This document shows, one piece after another, positions 1 to 13,101 of a DNA stretch of 64,000 nucleotides; the stretch's first letter is position 1; the number at the start of each line of letters is the position of its first letter. The stretch is from Cladosporium halotolerans. Lineage: Eukaryota. The position numbers and the translations under genes were made by a program. Below the pieces are notes generated by a model. It searched no databases. It was not told the DNA's origin and saw nothing but the letters and a program-made list of their open reading frames with translations. Where the stretch lies: positions 186,001 to 250,000 of the forward strand of contig NW_027191461.1 of the NCBI RefSeq assembly GCF_011745625.1. The letters run 5' to 3'.

Positions 1-1388
1 CAGTAGTGCGGGCGGCTTTGGCTGTGGACGTTCTTGTGCGAGCTGCGAGGGCGGTCGTCAGTCAGTGTTTGCGGTGGATCTGTCGGTCACGCGGCGTGGG
101 CGGCTTACTTTAGGAGGTATTGCGTTTGGAAGGTCCCCGCGGTGCAATTGGGCACGTCGCATTTGTAGAGGCCTTGGATCATCATTGGAGCGGGTGCCGG
201 GGGCAGTGCGTGCATGCCGGGAGGTGGTGGGAGTAACGGCCGAGGAGCGTTCTCTGATACCTGGCCGACGTCGATGGGAGTTGTGTGATTTGTGCTGTAG
301 CCTTCGGTGCCCGAGCTATGGTATCCTCCGCCGCTTTCGCCGCTTGACGAAGCCGAGTGTAGAGTCGGTATCATCGGAGGCATGCCGTCTGCCATCGATG
401 GCCGGCGGTGACTGTATGGTCCGAATCCCGGGTAAGCTGGCGGCGACGCATAAGCTGGACTCTCGCCGAGCGTGCTCGTCGGAGAGCGTGCCATTACAGG
501 CGGGAAATAGGCTTGGGGCGAAGTCTGGACGCTGGCTGGATACGGGTGGTTGGACAGCACAGGGGACTGGGCGTTGGCAGACCCGAAGGACTGACGGTGA
601 TTATGAGAGAATGCCTGTTGCCGTGGGAGCTCTTGCGTCGCGGCTTCGGCTAGCTCAGTGAGGGTACTTGTCAATTGGTGAATCGAGGGCAACCTTTCGG
701 CTTGTGGAGATGCAGCAGACGGCGACGGAGGCTCGAATGGAGCGAGATTTTGTTCGACCGCTCCGTGGATTGTGTGCTTCGAAAGAGTCGGCGAAGAGCT
801 TATTGACTCTCTCCTTAATCCTGCGGGAGCTGCAGTGCCTGAGTCCGAGGTCTTTAGCTTTAATGGCGAAGCTAAGCCAGAGCGTAGTGGAGATTTTTCT
901 TGAATGGAGGATGAAGCCTCAGCCTGCATGGAGTCCGCCCTCGTCCGCGATGCGAACTGTTTCGATGCGATGATGGGGTCACTTTGAGCCTCTACCGACC
1001 TCAAAGTTTTGGCATGAACAGCTTGCGTGGTGCTTGATTCGCTAGACGCAGCGTCATCATGCGGTTTCGGTGCATCCTGAGCTGTCCGGTGCTCAACAGG
1101 GGCTTCTCCAGCTAGGGGCGGCTCATCTGCTTTGTCCGTCATCATAGGCATGATGCTTGAAGCCGTTTTCTGTGGCTTGGAGGGTGCCTCGACGTTAAAG
1201 CGAAAAATCAGATTCTGCGAGCCAGTGAGGACAGCCAGTCCGGGATCGTATCGAGGATCTTGCGGCGATGAAGATTCCGATGATGAGTAAGACTTTGCTG
1301 AAGGTTCTTGAAGTTCGATTCTGACCTTTACGAGTTCTTCGTTTCTCGGAAGTGCGTGCTGGTCGTCGTAGTACTCGCACTCTGGCAT
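1..1388 (-). CDS. C2H2 zinc-finger transcription factor, 3' end runs off the window
   Basis: Ser/Pro-rich ORF from ATG 1388 (MPECEYYDD). Splicing intron 43-108 (GTAAGC...CTGAC...CAG) gives YKCDVPNCTAGTFQTQYLLNSHKNVHSQSRPHY, a C-x4-C-x12-H-x3-H finger plus linker. Confidence 0.85.
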
Positions 1389-3375
1389 CCAGAGGTCTGG
1401 ATGAGCGTGCTTAGCTACGTTGTCGCTGTCGCGCACAGGGCCTATCCAGACAGCAGGTAATTAAGGGGTGGTAAAATGATTTGACGGCTTTGCGTCTATG
1501 TACTTTGTCAAGAGCCCATATAGGCGTCGGCAGCTGGGTGTATTAAGTCGCACGTGACGAGCTGTGTAAAAGTTGATAGAGTGATTCGGCAGGATACTGT
1601 AGGTTCCTACGTGAATGTCAGTCTGCTAGTATTACGACTATATCACAAGCGTTTCGTAAAGCCGCAAAATAACTATATGCATAGACTAGACGAGATGCGA
1701 TGGCGTGTCATTCGACGCGTGTGCTTGATGCACACCGCTAGCATTGTCCAGCTACTTTCAACGTGAAGAAGGACAAAGGAAGAACGAACGAAGTTCAGGT
1801 ACGGTAGAAGAAATACAAGCATCACAATCGCATGCTCATTGACATAGTAGGACGAGAGACGTACCAGCACATGTCCCACAGCGGGTCCAAACAGCCAGAC
1901 ACGTCCTCCAGTCAAGCTTCGCAAGAGCGCGGGAGCTCTCAGTCGGATGCTGGCACTTTCGAGTGTGGCTCGCAAGAAAGTGGACTGCGCAATGCGTCGC
2001 CGTGTGCAGTAAGGATCCTGTTGTTGTGTGGTGAGCAAGACTGCGATCAACAGCAGCAGCTGCAGAACAGCGGCAACGCAAATGGGCGCTGGTCGCGACG
2101 GTGGCCAGGTGGGCGGCGGCGATCCGCCAGCTTTTCCCCAGAGCCTCTGCCGATCGATGGGCGCACCTCTTTTGTCACGGTGGTGTGACCCCTAAACCTT
2201 CGTCTGTGAACGGCGCAGGGCGAACAGTAGTGCGCAGCAGCCAGACAATGACGTTGTCGCGGTGTTTGCGGTGGCAGCAGTGAGGCTCTCGACGAAGAAC
2301 ACCAAGGCTGGACGGCCTGGGCAGAGCTGGAGGACGGGCGGATCTGGACTCGTGGGGCTTTTGCTTCTGACAGCCCCGACTCCTCATGCTCCCCCGCCTT
2401 CCTGCACGCCCCGATCCTCACACCAGCTCCGTGTAAGCAGCCGAACCTGCGCAGGTTCCCGGTTGGCTGCAGCGATTAGCCTCAATGCGCCCGCCTGAGC
2501 CGCAGCGGCTCTCAGCTCTGCCCTGATCGAGGCTAGACGCCGCAGGGCAGGAGGGAGGGAGATCGCGGCGGGAGCCCTGATCATGGGCACGAAACCCTCA
2601 AGCCACGAAGACATGGCCGGCTGGATTCTTCCGCGCGCACGCAGCACGGCGCGGCAAGTGGAGGTGCGACGATGGTGGGAGGAGCTCTGTGAAGGATGCA
2701 TCCCGCCCGGCAGTCGAGGTGAGCCCTGCATCACGGTCTGGGTGAGCCGCGCCGCTTCACGAACAGCTAGCTACCTTGTAGATTTACCTGACAGGAGCTG
2801 TTTGTTATTGAACCTAGATAGCCTCTCGCACCTCCGGCGGCGCTACCTTTAAGCCTCGTTGCTGAGAGGGCCGGCTTCTCACCGAAGGCTACCTGCGGTC
2901 TAGCCAGCACGGTATGCATGAGGAGCTGTCAGGAATCACCAGCCAACCGGCATTCTGTACCTCCCTTGTTCATCCTCATCCTGTGTCTGGCACAGGCACG
3001 TGAAAGGCCCTGGGCACGCCGGGGCAGACCCTTGGACGCAAGGCTGTCACCAGGATGGCCAGCGTGCTGACGTGCCCAGGTGTACCCACCGGTTTCACAT
3101 GTACCTCAAAAACGTCACTGACGTAGTCTATCAAATCATGGTGCCAGCCTCTAGAGTGGACAGAAGGTTAGGAGGAATTGACGTGTCTTGTACAATCAAA
3201 ATGATTGAACGCCAACAGGAAGCTGGAAGAAATCACGTTGTCACATTGCATTCTCATGCTTCGCTGCCTCAGGACTCTTGTCCGTCTCGAACGCCCAACA
3301 AGCATCGTCTCGAAGCGAACAGCGTCTCGTAGCGTAAGACTATTCGCAACACGAGGTCATCCAAAGGTCACCAAT

Positions 3376-4792
3376 ATGAAGCGCAAAGGGGCGTCGAATG
3401 ACGGTGAATCGCCATCAAAGAAATTCAAATCCCATGTGCCCGAATACCACGAAACACCTTCGTTGAAGGAGGAGGATGGTTCCATCCAATGGCCAGCACC
3501 ACGAGCTCAGATGGAAGCGGCAAGGGACATCATTCTGGAATGGTGTAGTTCGACAACTTTCCTTCTTCGCGGCTCTTGCTAACTAATTCAGCGCTGGAGC
3601 GAACAAGAAGACATTGATCGTACCAGACAAAGACGCCGATGGCCTCTCTTCGGGTGCCATCCTAAGACACACTCTCATCCTCCTCGGCCTGCGTGAAGAG
3701 CTCATCGACGTACATCTTCCGAAGAAAGGAGAAACCGTCCACAGCCCTTCCGAGCGTGCACTGATAGACGCACACCAACCGTCATACATCTTCGTCCTCG
3801 ACCAAGGCAGTCGACACAGCCCTCCCCTCGCCACCAACGACCACACCTGCCTCGTCATCGACCATCACTTCGCAACCCCAACCGACTTCCCCGAATCCTC
3901 CTCGCACGTAACAGCCTGCACATCCCCCCCAGTCGCCACCTCCTCCCTCCTAACCTACCTCCTCTGCCTCCCCCTCCACCCCTCCGTCCGCCCCCTCACC
4001 GCCTGGCTCGCCATAGTCGGCACGCACGGCGACCTCGGCACAGCCCTCAAATGGCTCCCGCCCTTCCCCGACATGACCGAGCCCTTCAAAGCCCACAAGA
4101 AGAAAGCCCTCAACGACGCCGTCTCCCTCGTCAACGCCCCGCGCCGCACGGCAACCTACGACGTGCGCTCCGCCTGGGACGCGCTGGCCACGGCCCCGGG
4201 CCCCGCCAGCCTGCTGGCCAACCCGCGCCTGCGCGCCGCGCGCGCGGAGGTCAACGCCGAGGTCGAGCGCTGCTCGCACGCGGCGCCCAAGTTCTCCGCC
4301 GACGGCGCCGTCGCCGTCTTCCGCATCCGCAGCGCCGCGCAGGTGCACCCCGTCGTCGCGACGCGGTGGGCGGGCCACCTGAAGAGCAGGGCGCTGGAGA
4401 TCGTGCTGGTCGCGAACGAGGGGTATTTGCCGGGGAAGGTGAACTTTTCGTGCCGTGTGGCGAGGTGCGCGAAGGGGAGGGGAGGGGGGGAGGAGGTGGA
4501 TATCATTCGGAGTTTGAAGGGTTATGCGCGGTTGCTCGAGGAGGGCGGGGAGGGGGAGAGGACGCCGCTGATTGAGCGGCTGGGAGACGATTTTGCGAGG
4601 GGCCATGTGCAGGCTTCGGGCGGGATTGTGACGGTGGAGGAGTTTGAGGAGTTGATGCGTTTGATGAAGGTTGGGGTGAAGCCTGCTAAGAAGGAGGGGG
4701 AGGAGAAGGCGAGCCCGGGTAAGAAGAAGGCGGGGATCGATCCAGGGCAGAAGAATACTTTGGCGGGCTATTTTGCGAAAGCTGAGAAGTGA
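3376..4792 (+). CDS. DHH-family (RecJ-like) phosphoesterase
   Basis: Exons 3376-3542 and 3592-4792 (intron GTGTAG...CTAAC...CAG). Motifs PDKDADG, VLDQG, VIDHH, GTHGD and a DHHA1-like RGHVQASGG. Confidence 0.85.
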
Positions 4793-5031
4793 GAACGCGA
4801 TGAGGGGACCGATGGCCTGGTTTCAGGCGACATGTCTGTGGCTTATGCCATCGTGGACCAACTGCAGCAACACAGGGGCAGACGTCGGGATATCTGGAAA
4901 AGATTGCGCTCTTAGCGGTGAGCTTGACAATCATTTGCTAGAATATAGTGGCTTGAAAGGCCCATTAAATTCGATACCACGTGTGGAAAGAGTAATCGAA
5001 TAGTGCTCTTGGTGGATGGATACCATCAATC

Positions 5032-8000
5032 CTATTCAGCTTTTGTCTGCTCATTCGTGTTCAAAGACGAAGCGTCAGAGCTTGTTCCACTGGGGTTGAG
5101 AGCGTGGAAGGAAAAGTCCATTTCGCCGACCAGTTTTCTGACGTGACTATCAAAATACATTAGTATATTGCAGACAGTGGCTGGCGCGTAGAGGACTCAC
5201 TTCACGAGCTTCTCGACATCTGATGTCACACATGTTCCGCAAATCTGTAACACTGCGAAGGCACTGTATTCAGGCTCCACGATGTGTCGCACGCTCAAGA
5301 TATTCTTGTCGATCGACTCCAGTCTCCGCGCGAAGCCGTATTTTTGTGGGAGCTCAAGGTATGGTGGCAATGCCTGGCCGTTCGTGAGGCAAGACGACAG
5401 CAGCGAAAGGATCGAGGTGATTTGGTTTGAAGTCGAGTGGTGGTCTGCCACTAGTCGGCGGAAGTCATTCGACCAGGCTGTATGCTCTGCTGCTGACTTG
5501 TCTGCGAGGGAAAGGCTTTGCGATGCGTATGACAAAAGCGCTTGGTAGTTCAGTATGCGCTGCACGCATTCGATGAGCCTGATCAAATTGATTAGTAACA
5601 GTCTCATACCTTCCCATTGATCTTTGGATGAATGCTGGCTTACCCTTCGTATTCCTCTTTCGGGAATTTGCCACCGACCCTAATCTGGAATTGAGAGAAT
5701 GCCGAATTTGCTCTCATGTTGGTCAAGAGCGCCACTAGTTTGCCAAACACAGTTGTGCGGGCCTTCTCGAGGTTGTAAGCATGAGTGCCTTTCCTGCGCA
5801 CGTCGCCTTCGACGCCTTTGACCCTCGACTGCACTACTTCGTGGATCAAAGATGTCAAGTTCGCAAGCATGTAAAGCGAGGCTCCGAGGTCTTTGCGCAG
5901 CTCCGATGACTCCGAGATAGGGTACGGGAAGATGGTCCAGATCCATGCTACAAAGAGACCCCCAGCGACGGTTGCCAGGCGGTATGGTGCAAGGAGGTAA
6001 GTAGGGTATGCCGGTTGTCCATTGGATTCGGAGACGGCGACACCGAGGACTTGAACTTGGAGTTCGTAGCCGACAATCAAGACCGTGCTTACAACGCTGA
6101 GAATGGCTGAGAAGAGGAAGTCAGACTCCATTAAGAAACTTGAATGCTTTTTGTTCACGTCGCGACAGCGTTTGGAACAGTGACCGGTGCTGCATCAGTG
6201 CATCGGCTAGACTTACCAACGATAACGAATTTGGGAAACTTCAACAAGCCGTAGAATCCTATCATGATCCATAGCCAAAGGAATATGAAAACACCAGCAG
6301 GGTGTCCGACAACAATGTACCAGATGATGTAGGAAGCGATCATGGCCTAAAAATACGTGTACTGTCAGTGGCGAACGTGAATTGGATGATTGAGACTTAC
6401 GATTGCAGTCCCGATTATACGTAAGCTGAATGCCCATGTGCTTTGTCCCGCTAGTCGCGACATCGAAATGGCGATCATGATCATGGCCCAGAGCAACCGG
6501 TGTCTGAGAAAGAATCTTTGGGTATCGTGCAAATAGTTGATGATAGCAACGCTCATGGTTGCACACATGACGCGAAACCCAAACGCTGAGTGTCGGCTCC
6601 TAAAGAAATCAGGTATTAGGCGAATCTTGTTGCCGATTTTTTCCAAAAGGTTTTGAGGAGGGAGATGCTCGGGATCTCGCTTTCGTTCGAACTTCGCACC
6701 CAAAAAGAGGCCTTGCGAAGCACCGTCCTCCATATCTGTGAGGTACTCGCTGTGCCGGGAAAGATCTTCGCGGCCAATTGCTGCTTTGAACCATTTACGC
6801 AAAGTTCGGGCACCGGGGAAAATGAGTTTGTTGCGTTTCAGCTTGCCATCCTGCTTGATCTTGTCGGCGAACAGGGCCATGTCGAGAGTAGCACGTCCAG
6901 CTCTGTACAACTGATACTCCATGTACAAAGCAAAGAATAGCTCGTTCCTCAAGCGATCTGGTACGCTTTCGTCGGCACCCTGTGCCTCCTGTCTAGGGTC
7001 GAAAGACTCGTTGAAGAAGTTGTCCGGAATGCGGATGCCTTTCCTCTGGCACCATTGCTCGAGTGTTGTCTGCTTCGATTGATGAAAGTCATCAATTTTC
7101 GTCTTGAGCCAAGCTGCGAAGGCGGATGAGCCAGGCGCCGGAGGTCTCTCACCGTTGCCTTCCTCATCACTCAACTTCTTTTTGGGAGCTTTGGTGAGCT
7201 CGAGGGTCAGCATTATGTGCTTGAATCCGGCGCTTATGGCGTCTTTCATCTCCGCAAAGGGACCGTGGAGCGTCTTCATCATCATGTGTAGATTCTCAAT
7301 CTGCTCTTTGTTCAATTGAATCTCCTCTGGAGATAGCTCAGAGCTTGCCCAGTGCCGCTGCTCGGCATGTCTTCGTAGAACGTCGATGCTGGAGCTCAGT
7401 CCAAGGATAGGGACGAAGATCAACTGAAGCTGCTTCCACGTATGTGTAATGTCTTTAGAGCTCATCTTGCCGATAGCAAACTCCCGTTTGGCCGGAGTTA
7501 TGTCGCCACCGAGCTTCGTGTGAAGATCCATGAGTTTGAGGAACACGCCCTTCATAGCATCTGCAGCCGGAGTGTGCAATGGCCCTTGAAATTTCTTGGC
7601 TTTCTTGGGATCCGTCTTGATCTCATCCATGTGCCTCTGTTGCAAAGCAACCGGGTCGATAGACTCCATGCTCTCCATGTAAGCAGTCTGGGACTTCAGC
7701 ATGCCTTCAAGACACCTGTAGCGCAGATCACGTTAGCCTGGCTGTGAGTTATGCCCACAGAACTACCGCCATACTTACATGATATACCCCGTCATTTCCT
7801 TGAACACCACCATTCTAGAGCTCACGGGGAAGATAAAGAAGTGAACACCTGTGGCGAGGGCAAATCCCGTCAGGAAGGCCTCAATAAGACGCTCAGTGAA
7901 GCTGATAGCGTATGTCATGTTCGGAAAGCTAGGACCGTAAGACATGCCCACAATGACCAGAATTGAGTAAACGATGGCCGGAAATTGAAATTGAGGCCTC

Positions 8001-8545
8001 GCAGACCGCAGATAGTTGACCAAGTAAATCTGCACCATCAACCAGATGGCACACACGGCGGATGCTGATGAATTGTATGCGGTCGGAGCATCTCCCGGTC
8101 GCGCAGTGTGCAAGCGTGCTTGTGTCGATGTATATAGAGCCAGAAGATTGACAGCGGCTCCAAGACATACTCCAATGACGTTCATGGACATCGTTTGGAT
8201 GAACTTGCCCCGAGGCATGATGGGAAGGCCGAGAATGGACATGATTGCAATCAGGTAGCCCAGCGTCGTGTAATGAGCAGCAACCTTCGGCGACTGGTAC
8301 ATTGCAAGCGCGACAATGGGTGCCACAGAGCCTTTGAACATCATCATGCAGGTGGGCACGTCCAGGCCAACTTTGGCCCACAGCTGCTTGAGCTTCGAGG
8401 GTTGCTTCTCTGCAGTTTTCGCATCCTGGGAGGGTTGCGAACTCGCTCTAGAGCCGCCAGGGACCTTGGACTCCGCATCCTGGCTGTTCGAGGAGTTGGG
8501 GTTCTGTTGCTGGTCCATCTCGCTGCCCGCTGCGGCTGAGTTCAT
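5032..8545 (-). CDS. Multi-pass membrane protein, FUSC / aromatic acid exporter (ArAE_2)-like family
   Basis: Multi-exon gene joining ORFs 7775-8545, 6365-7702, 6155-6343, 5640-6158 and 5197-5607, plus a last exon HVRKLVGEMDFSFH...KAE* (TAG 5032-5034). Two hydrophobic TM clusters and the DPEHLPP motif; canonical GT-AG introns. Confidence 0.8.
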
Positions 8546-9193
8546 GTCGCGTCGTGTGTACTGGGCCGCACTTCAGCCAAAGAAGCCAAAGGCATGTAGG
8601 CACAGGTTTAGCGGAGATCGAATATTAGAGCAAGCCTTGCTAATGGCATATTCAGGTGAAGATCCCGGATGGGTTCGCATGAAATGGACGCGCGGATGGA
8701 AAGGGAATATTAGGTTCAAACGGTGGCGCCGCTAGAGAGCATCAGCCAGACCATGCTCCTCGTCCAGCTGCCGATCCATCGCCTGCATCCTACGGACATC
8801 TGAGAATCCTTCCGTGTACAAGGATGTTCTTCTGTAGATGTCAGTACACGGAAGAGAAATCGCTTACATGCCCTAGCATTTGCTGAGGTTGCGATTCTGC
8901 TCGTGTGAGGCGGTAGGGCTGACGTCACATGCATTAAAACCCCAGTGATCCCACGACATAAAGGGCGTAACGACACACGCAACATTTGCTATCTGTTCCA
9001 CTCCAAAAAAGGACTTCGCTACAATACCCTTGGCACAGCACTAAGCCGTTGAATGAGAGTCGCATCGACTTTAGAAGCTTCGCTATAAGGGGAAAGCAGA
9101 ACAGTGGTCGACGTGTCATTGCATATCAGCTTCGTAGGTTCTCAGATATTCATTGTCTGCATAAAAAGATAACAATAAATTCTGTTCATGCTA

Positions 9194-9637
9194 TCAACTC
9201 TTGCCCCACCCATCGATGTTGACGACACAGGGTTCGCCGCCCGAACGGACAATGCACCAAACGACATCCTCGTTGCTGTCATTAACTTCCTGATGCTCGG
9301 CGAATGCCCTTCAACTTTTCAGCTCATCGTTCGGTCGCTGGAAATCACTCTCATCAACTTACGGTATAAGGGCAAAGTCACCTGGACCTAGGTCTTGCCT
9401 CTTTTTCCCGCCCTCGCTCACGACCGTTCCGTGTCCGGCAAATGAGAAAACCACTGTATCCTGCTCACCATGATGGTGGACAGCGGATGCAGAATGAGGC
9501 TTAGCCACCATCCTGGATGCACAGATGTTCGGAGTGAGCCCGACCAATGCATTTGCCCTCTCCATTCCCTCCGTCTGCCCGCCCGAGACTTGGAGGGAGG
9601 AGCCTTCTCTGACTACGACCGGTTTCTGTTCGGGCAT
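9194..9637 (-). CDS. RmlC-like cupin domain protein
   Basis: ATG 9637, intron 9309-9362, TGA 9194-9196. Cupin motifs SAVHHHGEQDT and GPGDFALIPAFAEHQEVN. Confidence 0.85.
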
Positions 9638-10376
9638 GATGATGTTGAGGTATCCTTTGGATGATAGCCAAGACTGAAGTGCCCGGGTGGTCTCGATAGA
9701 ATCGTTCTCCTGTGATACTGGAAGACGGCATCTTACGAGCTCGACAATCAGTGTCCTATGAGCTACCAAATGAGACGACTGACGTAATGGTCCACCGCTG
9801 GCGCGGATGTCGGCGGCGGCCTGGACGTGTGAAACGAAATGGATTCACATCATGCCCTTACATTTTCCTATCTGCTTTTTTCGCCTAGGGGATGGATGGC
9901 AATGTCGTACACAGCGAATTTGATGGCATGTATCGTGAAAGGCCCTCGGTGGGCGAAACATGTTGGTTCCCCTGGCCTTTCCAAAACACGGCCTTCGTCT
10001 CCACATCGCGTGGCCCAACCCCAGCTTTGCCAAGCGATGCATCTGACAGCGTCCATGGGCCGAGGCATCTCGGACGCCGCAAAGGCTGAGACACGCAAAC
10101 CCAGCCAATAACAGAGTTTGGGTTGGCAATAGCCGCAGTCGTCAGATGACCTTCACGCTGCCGCTCGTACGCGTGAGCTGAGCAGGCCGGTGAGATCATC
10201 CCGCCGTTGCACATGCTCGGCTGCCGAACGGAGCGCTTTCACATGTCAGGACATACGACCGAGCGCGCGAGCGTGACCCCAGGGATTTGTAGTTCTTCCT
10301 TCATACCGCGTTCCCTTTCCTTCCTGCATCTGTCAACACCTTGATACCCCTTCCTTTCTATACAATTTTCATCACG

Positions 10377-12205
10377 ATGTCCAAAACATTTTCCACCAGC
10401 GACGTGGCGTCGCACAACAAGCCTGATAATCTCTACATCATCGTCGACCAGGACGTCTACGACTTGACCAAGTTCCAGGATGAGCACCCTGGAGGAAAGA
10501 AGAGTGAGCGATCTTGTGCAGCTACAAAAGAATGAATAGTCTGACATGCATGCACAGTCCTCCAGCGTGTTGCCGGCAAGGATGCCAGCAAGCAGTTCTG
10601 GAAATACCACAACGAGTCCATCTTGAAGAAGTACCAGAAGCAGCTGCAAGTCGGCTCCCTCGATTCGAAGCCCAAGGCCGCCGCTCCTCCCACGCCGCCT
10701 GCGACTCCGCCCGCGGAGAAGAAAGAGAAGGTCAAGCCACAAGCAGAGCCAGGCGTCGTCGCACCCGCCCCGGGTCCGGCTGCTGAGGAGGAGGCCGAGG
10801 CGATGGATTCATTCGGCGACTTGATCCCTTACGCAGATCCCTCTTGGTACCAAAGCTACCACACTCCTTATTTCAACCAGACCCATGCAGACCTTCGAGC
10901 TGAGATTCGCCAATGGATGGAGGACGAGATCATGCCGAACGTCACCGAGTGGGACGAGGCAAAGAAGGTTCCGGACAGCGTGTACAAGACTATGGGCGAG
11001 CGTGGCTGGTTGGCTGGCCTTCTCGGCGTCCACCCCTACCCCACACATCTCGTGAAGAACCCGCCCAAGAGCGTCCCTGCAGAGAAGTGGGATCTGTTCC
11101 ACGAGCTGCTGATCACCGATGAGCTGTCTCGCTCCGGCTCCGGAGGCTTTGTCTGGAATGTGCTCGGTGGATTCGGAATCGGTTGCCCTCCCGTTTACAA
11201 ACACGGAAAGAAGGCTCTCAAGGACCGCATCCTGCCTGGAATTCTGAGTGGCGACAAGCGCATTTGCCTTGCCATCACTGAGCCTGATGCTGGATCTGAT
11301 GTCGCGAATCTGACTTGCGAGGCCAAGCTCAGTGAGGACGGCAAGCACTACATTGTCAATGGTGAGAAGAAATGGATCACAAACGGCATTTGGTGAGTAC
11401 TTCTCCGCATCTTTTACCACCCCAATTACTCATATATCCCTACAGGTCCGACTATTTCACCACTGCCGTCCGCACAAGCGACAAGGGCATGAACGGCATC
11501 TCCGTCCTGCTGATCGAGCGTAGCTTCGGCGGCGTCAGCACCCGCCGCATGGACTGCCAGGGTGTCTGGTCCAGCGGTACCACCTACATCACCTTCGAAG
11601 ACGTCAAGGTGCCCGTCGAGAACCTGATCGGCAAGGAGAACCAGGGCTTCAAGGTCATCATGACCAACTTCAACCACGAGCGTATCGGCATCATCATCCA
11701 GGCTGTCCGCTTTGCGCGTGTCTGCTACGAGGAGAGCGTCAAGTACGCCAACAAGCGCCGCACTTTCGGCCAGAAGCTCATCAACCACGCTGTGATTCGC
11801 ATGAAGCTTGCGCACATGGCCAGACAGATTGAGGCTTCGTACTCATGGCTTGAAAGCTTGATCTACCAGTGCCAGAAGATGAACGACACCGAGGCCATGC
11901 TGAAGCTGGGCGGTGCGATTGCCGGCTGCAAGGCGCAGGCGACGACCACTTTCGAATTCTGCGCACGCGAGGCGTCCCAGATCTTCGGAGGTCTGAGTTA
12001 CTCTCGCGGTGGCCAGGGTGCTAAGGTCGAGAGGTTGTACCGTGACGTCAGGGCATATGCCATCCCTGGTGGTTCAGAAGTGAGTATCACACCAGTCATT
12101 CATTCTAACAATCGAGCTTAACTAACCAACGCATAGGAAATCATGCTTGACTTGAGCATGAGGCAGGCACTGCGTGTGCACAAGGCGTTGGGCATGAAGC
12201 TATAG
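10377..12205 (+). CDS. Acyl-CoA dehydrogenase with N-terminal cytochrome b5-like heme domain
   Basis: N-terminus VASHNKPDNLYIIVDQDVYDLTKFQDEHPGG...FWKYH (b5 fold, both heme His present). ACAD motifs LAITEPDAGSD, NGEKKWITNG, RDVRAYAIPGGSEEI. Three introns; TAG 12203-12205. Confidence 0.92.
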
Positions 12206-12401
12206 ATGGTCTCGTGAGCGATTCGACAGGGCGAATATAGCATGCCACGTCGCCCCACGGCTTTCGAATAACACAAAGTCTGAAACAAAATGGTGGACAT
12301 CTTACATTTTCATGATGCTGACCGCGGGTGCCTGTCCCACTCGAGCACGTGATCTCAGCCCAACCCCTCCCCCCTCCCTTTTTCCTCCCACAGCAAAAAG
12401 C

Positions 12402-12597
12402 AAAAAGACTCGCCTTACACCGGATTCGAACCCGGCAAAAGAACCACCTCACCTCGTTCGGGGGGTGTCAAGAAAACCACTGGTTAAGGTGATTTTGCTT
12501 TCGGTGGTTGTGCCAGGTCAGCAGTCCTCGATGACTGGCGAGGCCGACCCAGGGGGTCTCCGTCATAGTGCTTTCCACTGCGCCACATGACCGAGTC
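12402..12597 (-). ncRNA. Putative structured RNA polymerase III ncRNA (tRNA-type internal promoter, not a tRNA)
   Basis: A box TGGCGCAGTGG (12585-12575), B box GGTTCGAATCC (12432-12422), terminators TTTTT-GC-TTTTT from 12406. 5' GACTCG pairs with the 3' CGAGTC directly before the T run; several internal helices. Confidence 0.7.
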
Positions 12598-13101
12598 GCC
12601 TACTCATGCTTCTGGTTATGTCATACGCAACTGCACAACAATATATATGTGGAAATTGAGGCATGTGATTGCGTGGGGTCCGTGAGCGGGTGTGGGGCTG
12701 GGCGTGGGGGTGATGTGAGGTTAGTGAAGTGAGGTTAGCGATTCCACCTTACTGCATCTTGCCAGTCACTTCGTCGCCAGATGTATACGTAGTGATAAGG
12801 TCCAATGTATGCCTCTTTTATAACACTATCGTACAAGTTCTATTGGGATGCATCCGGCAATTCATCTTGTCAGACTGATGCTGTATGGCGACCAGGAACA
12901 AATGCTGCAAGGCCAGTCTGTCGGCCACAATCGGGTGATCTGTATGGAGAAGCGCCAGACTGGCACGCTTGCTGTTTCGATGCTTGTCCTCTTGTCGCGT
13001 GTCTCAGAGCTTCCAGCAAGATCGAGACCTGCACAGACTCCCTCCCCAGCCTCAAAAGCGTGTATAGTTCTGTATCTCCCTTACCTCCTACCGTCTCCCT
13101 C

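Noticed and set aside
12473..12496. Telomerase RNA template or hammerhead core within the Pol III element
   Set aside because: The loop CCTTAACC does not match a CCCTAA template, and the three-way junction has GAAA but lacks CUGANGA.
12407..12592. Canonical intron-containing tRNA gene
   Set aside because: A and B boxes are present, but the acceptor strands GGTCATG / GTAAGGC do not pair, the canonical T-stem register is mismatched and no anticodon arm forms. Kept as a non-tRNA Pol III candidate instead.
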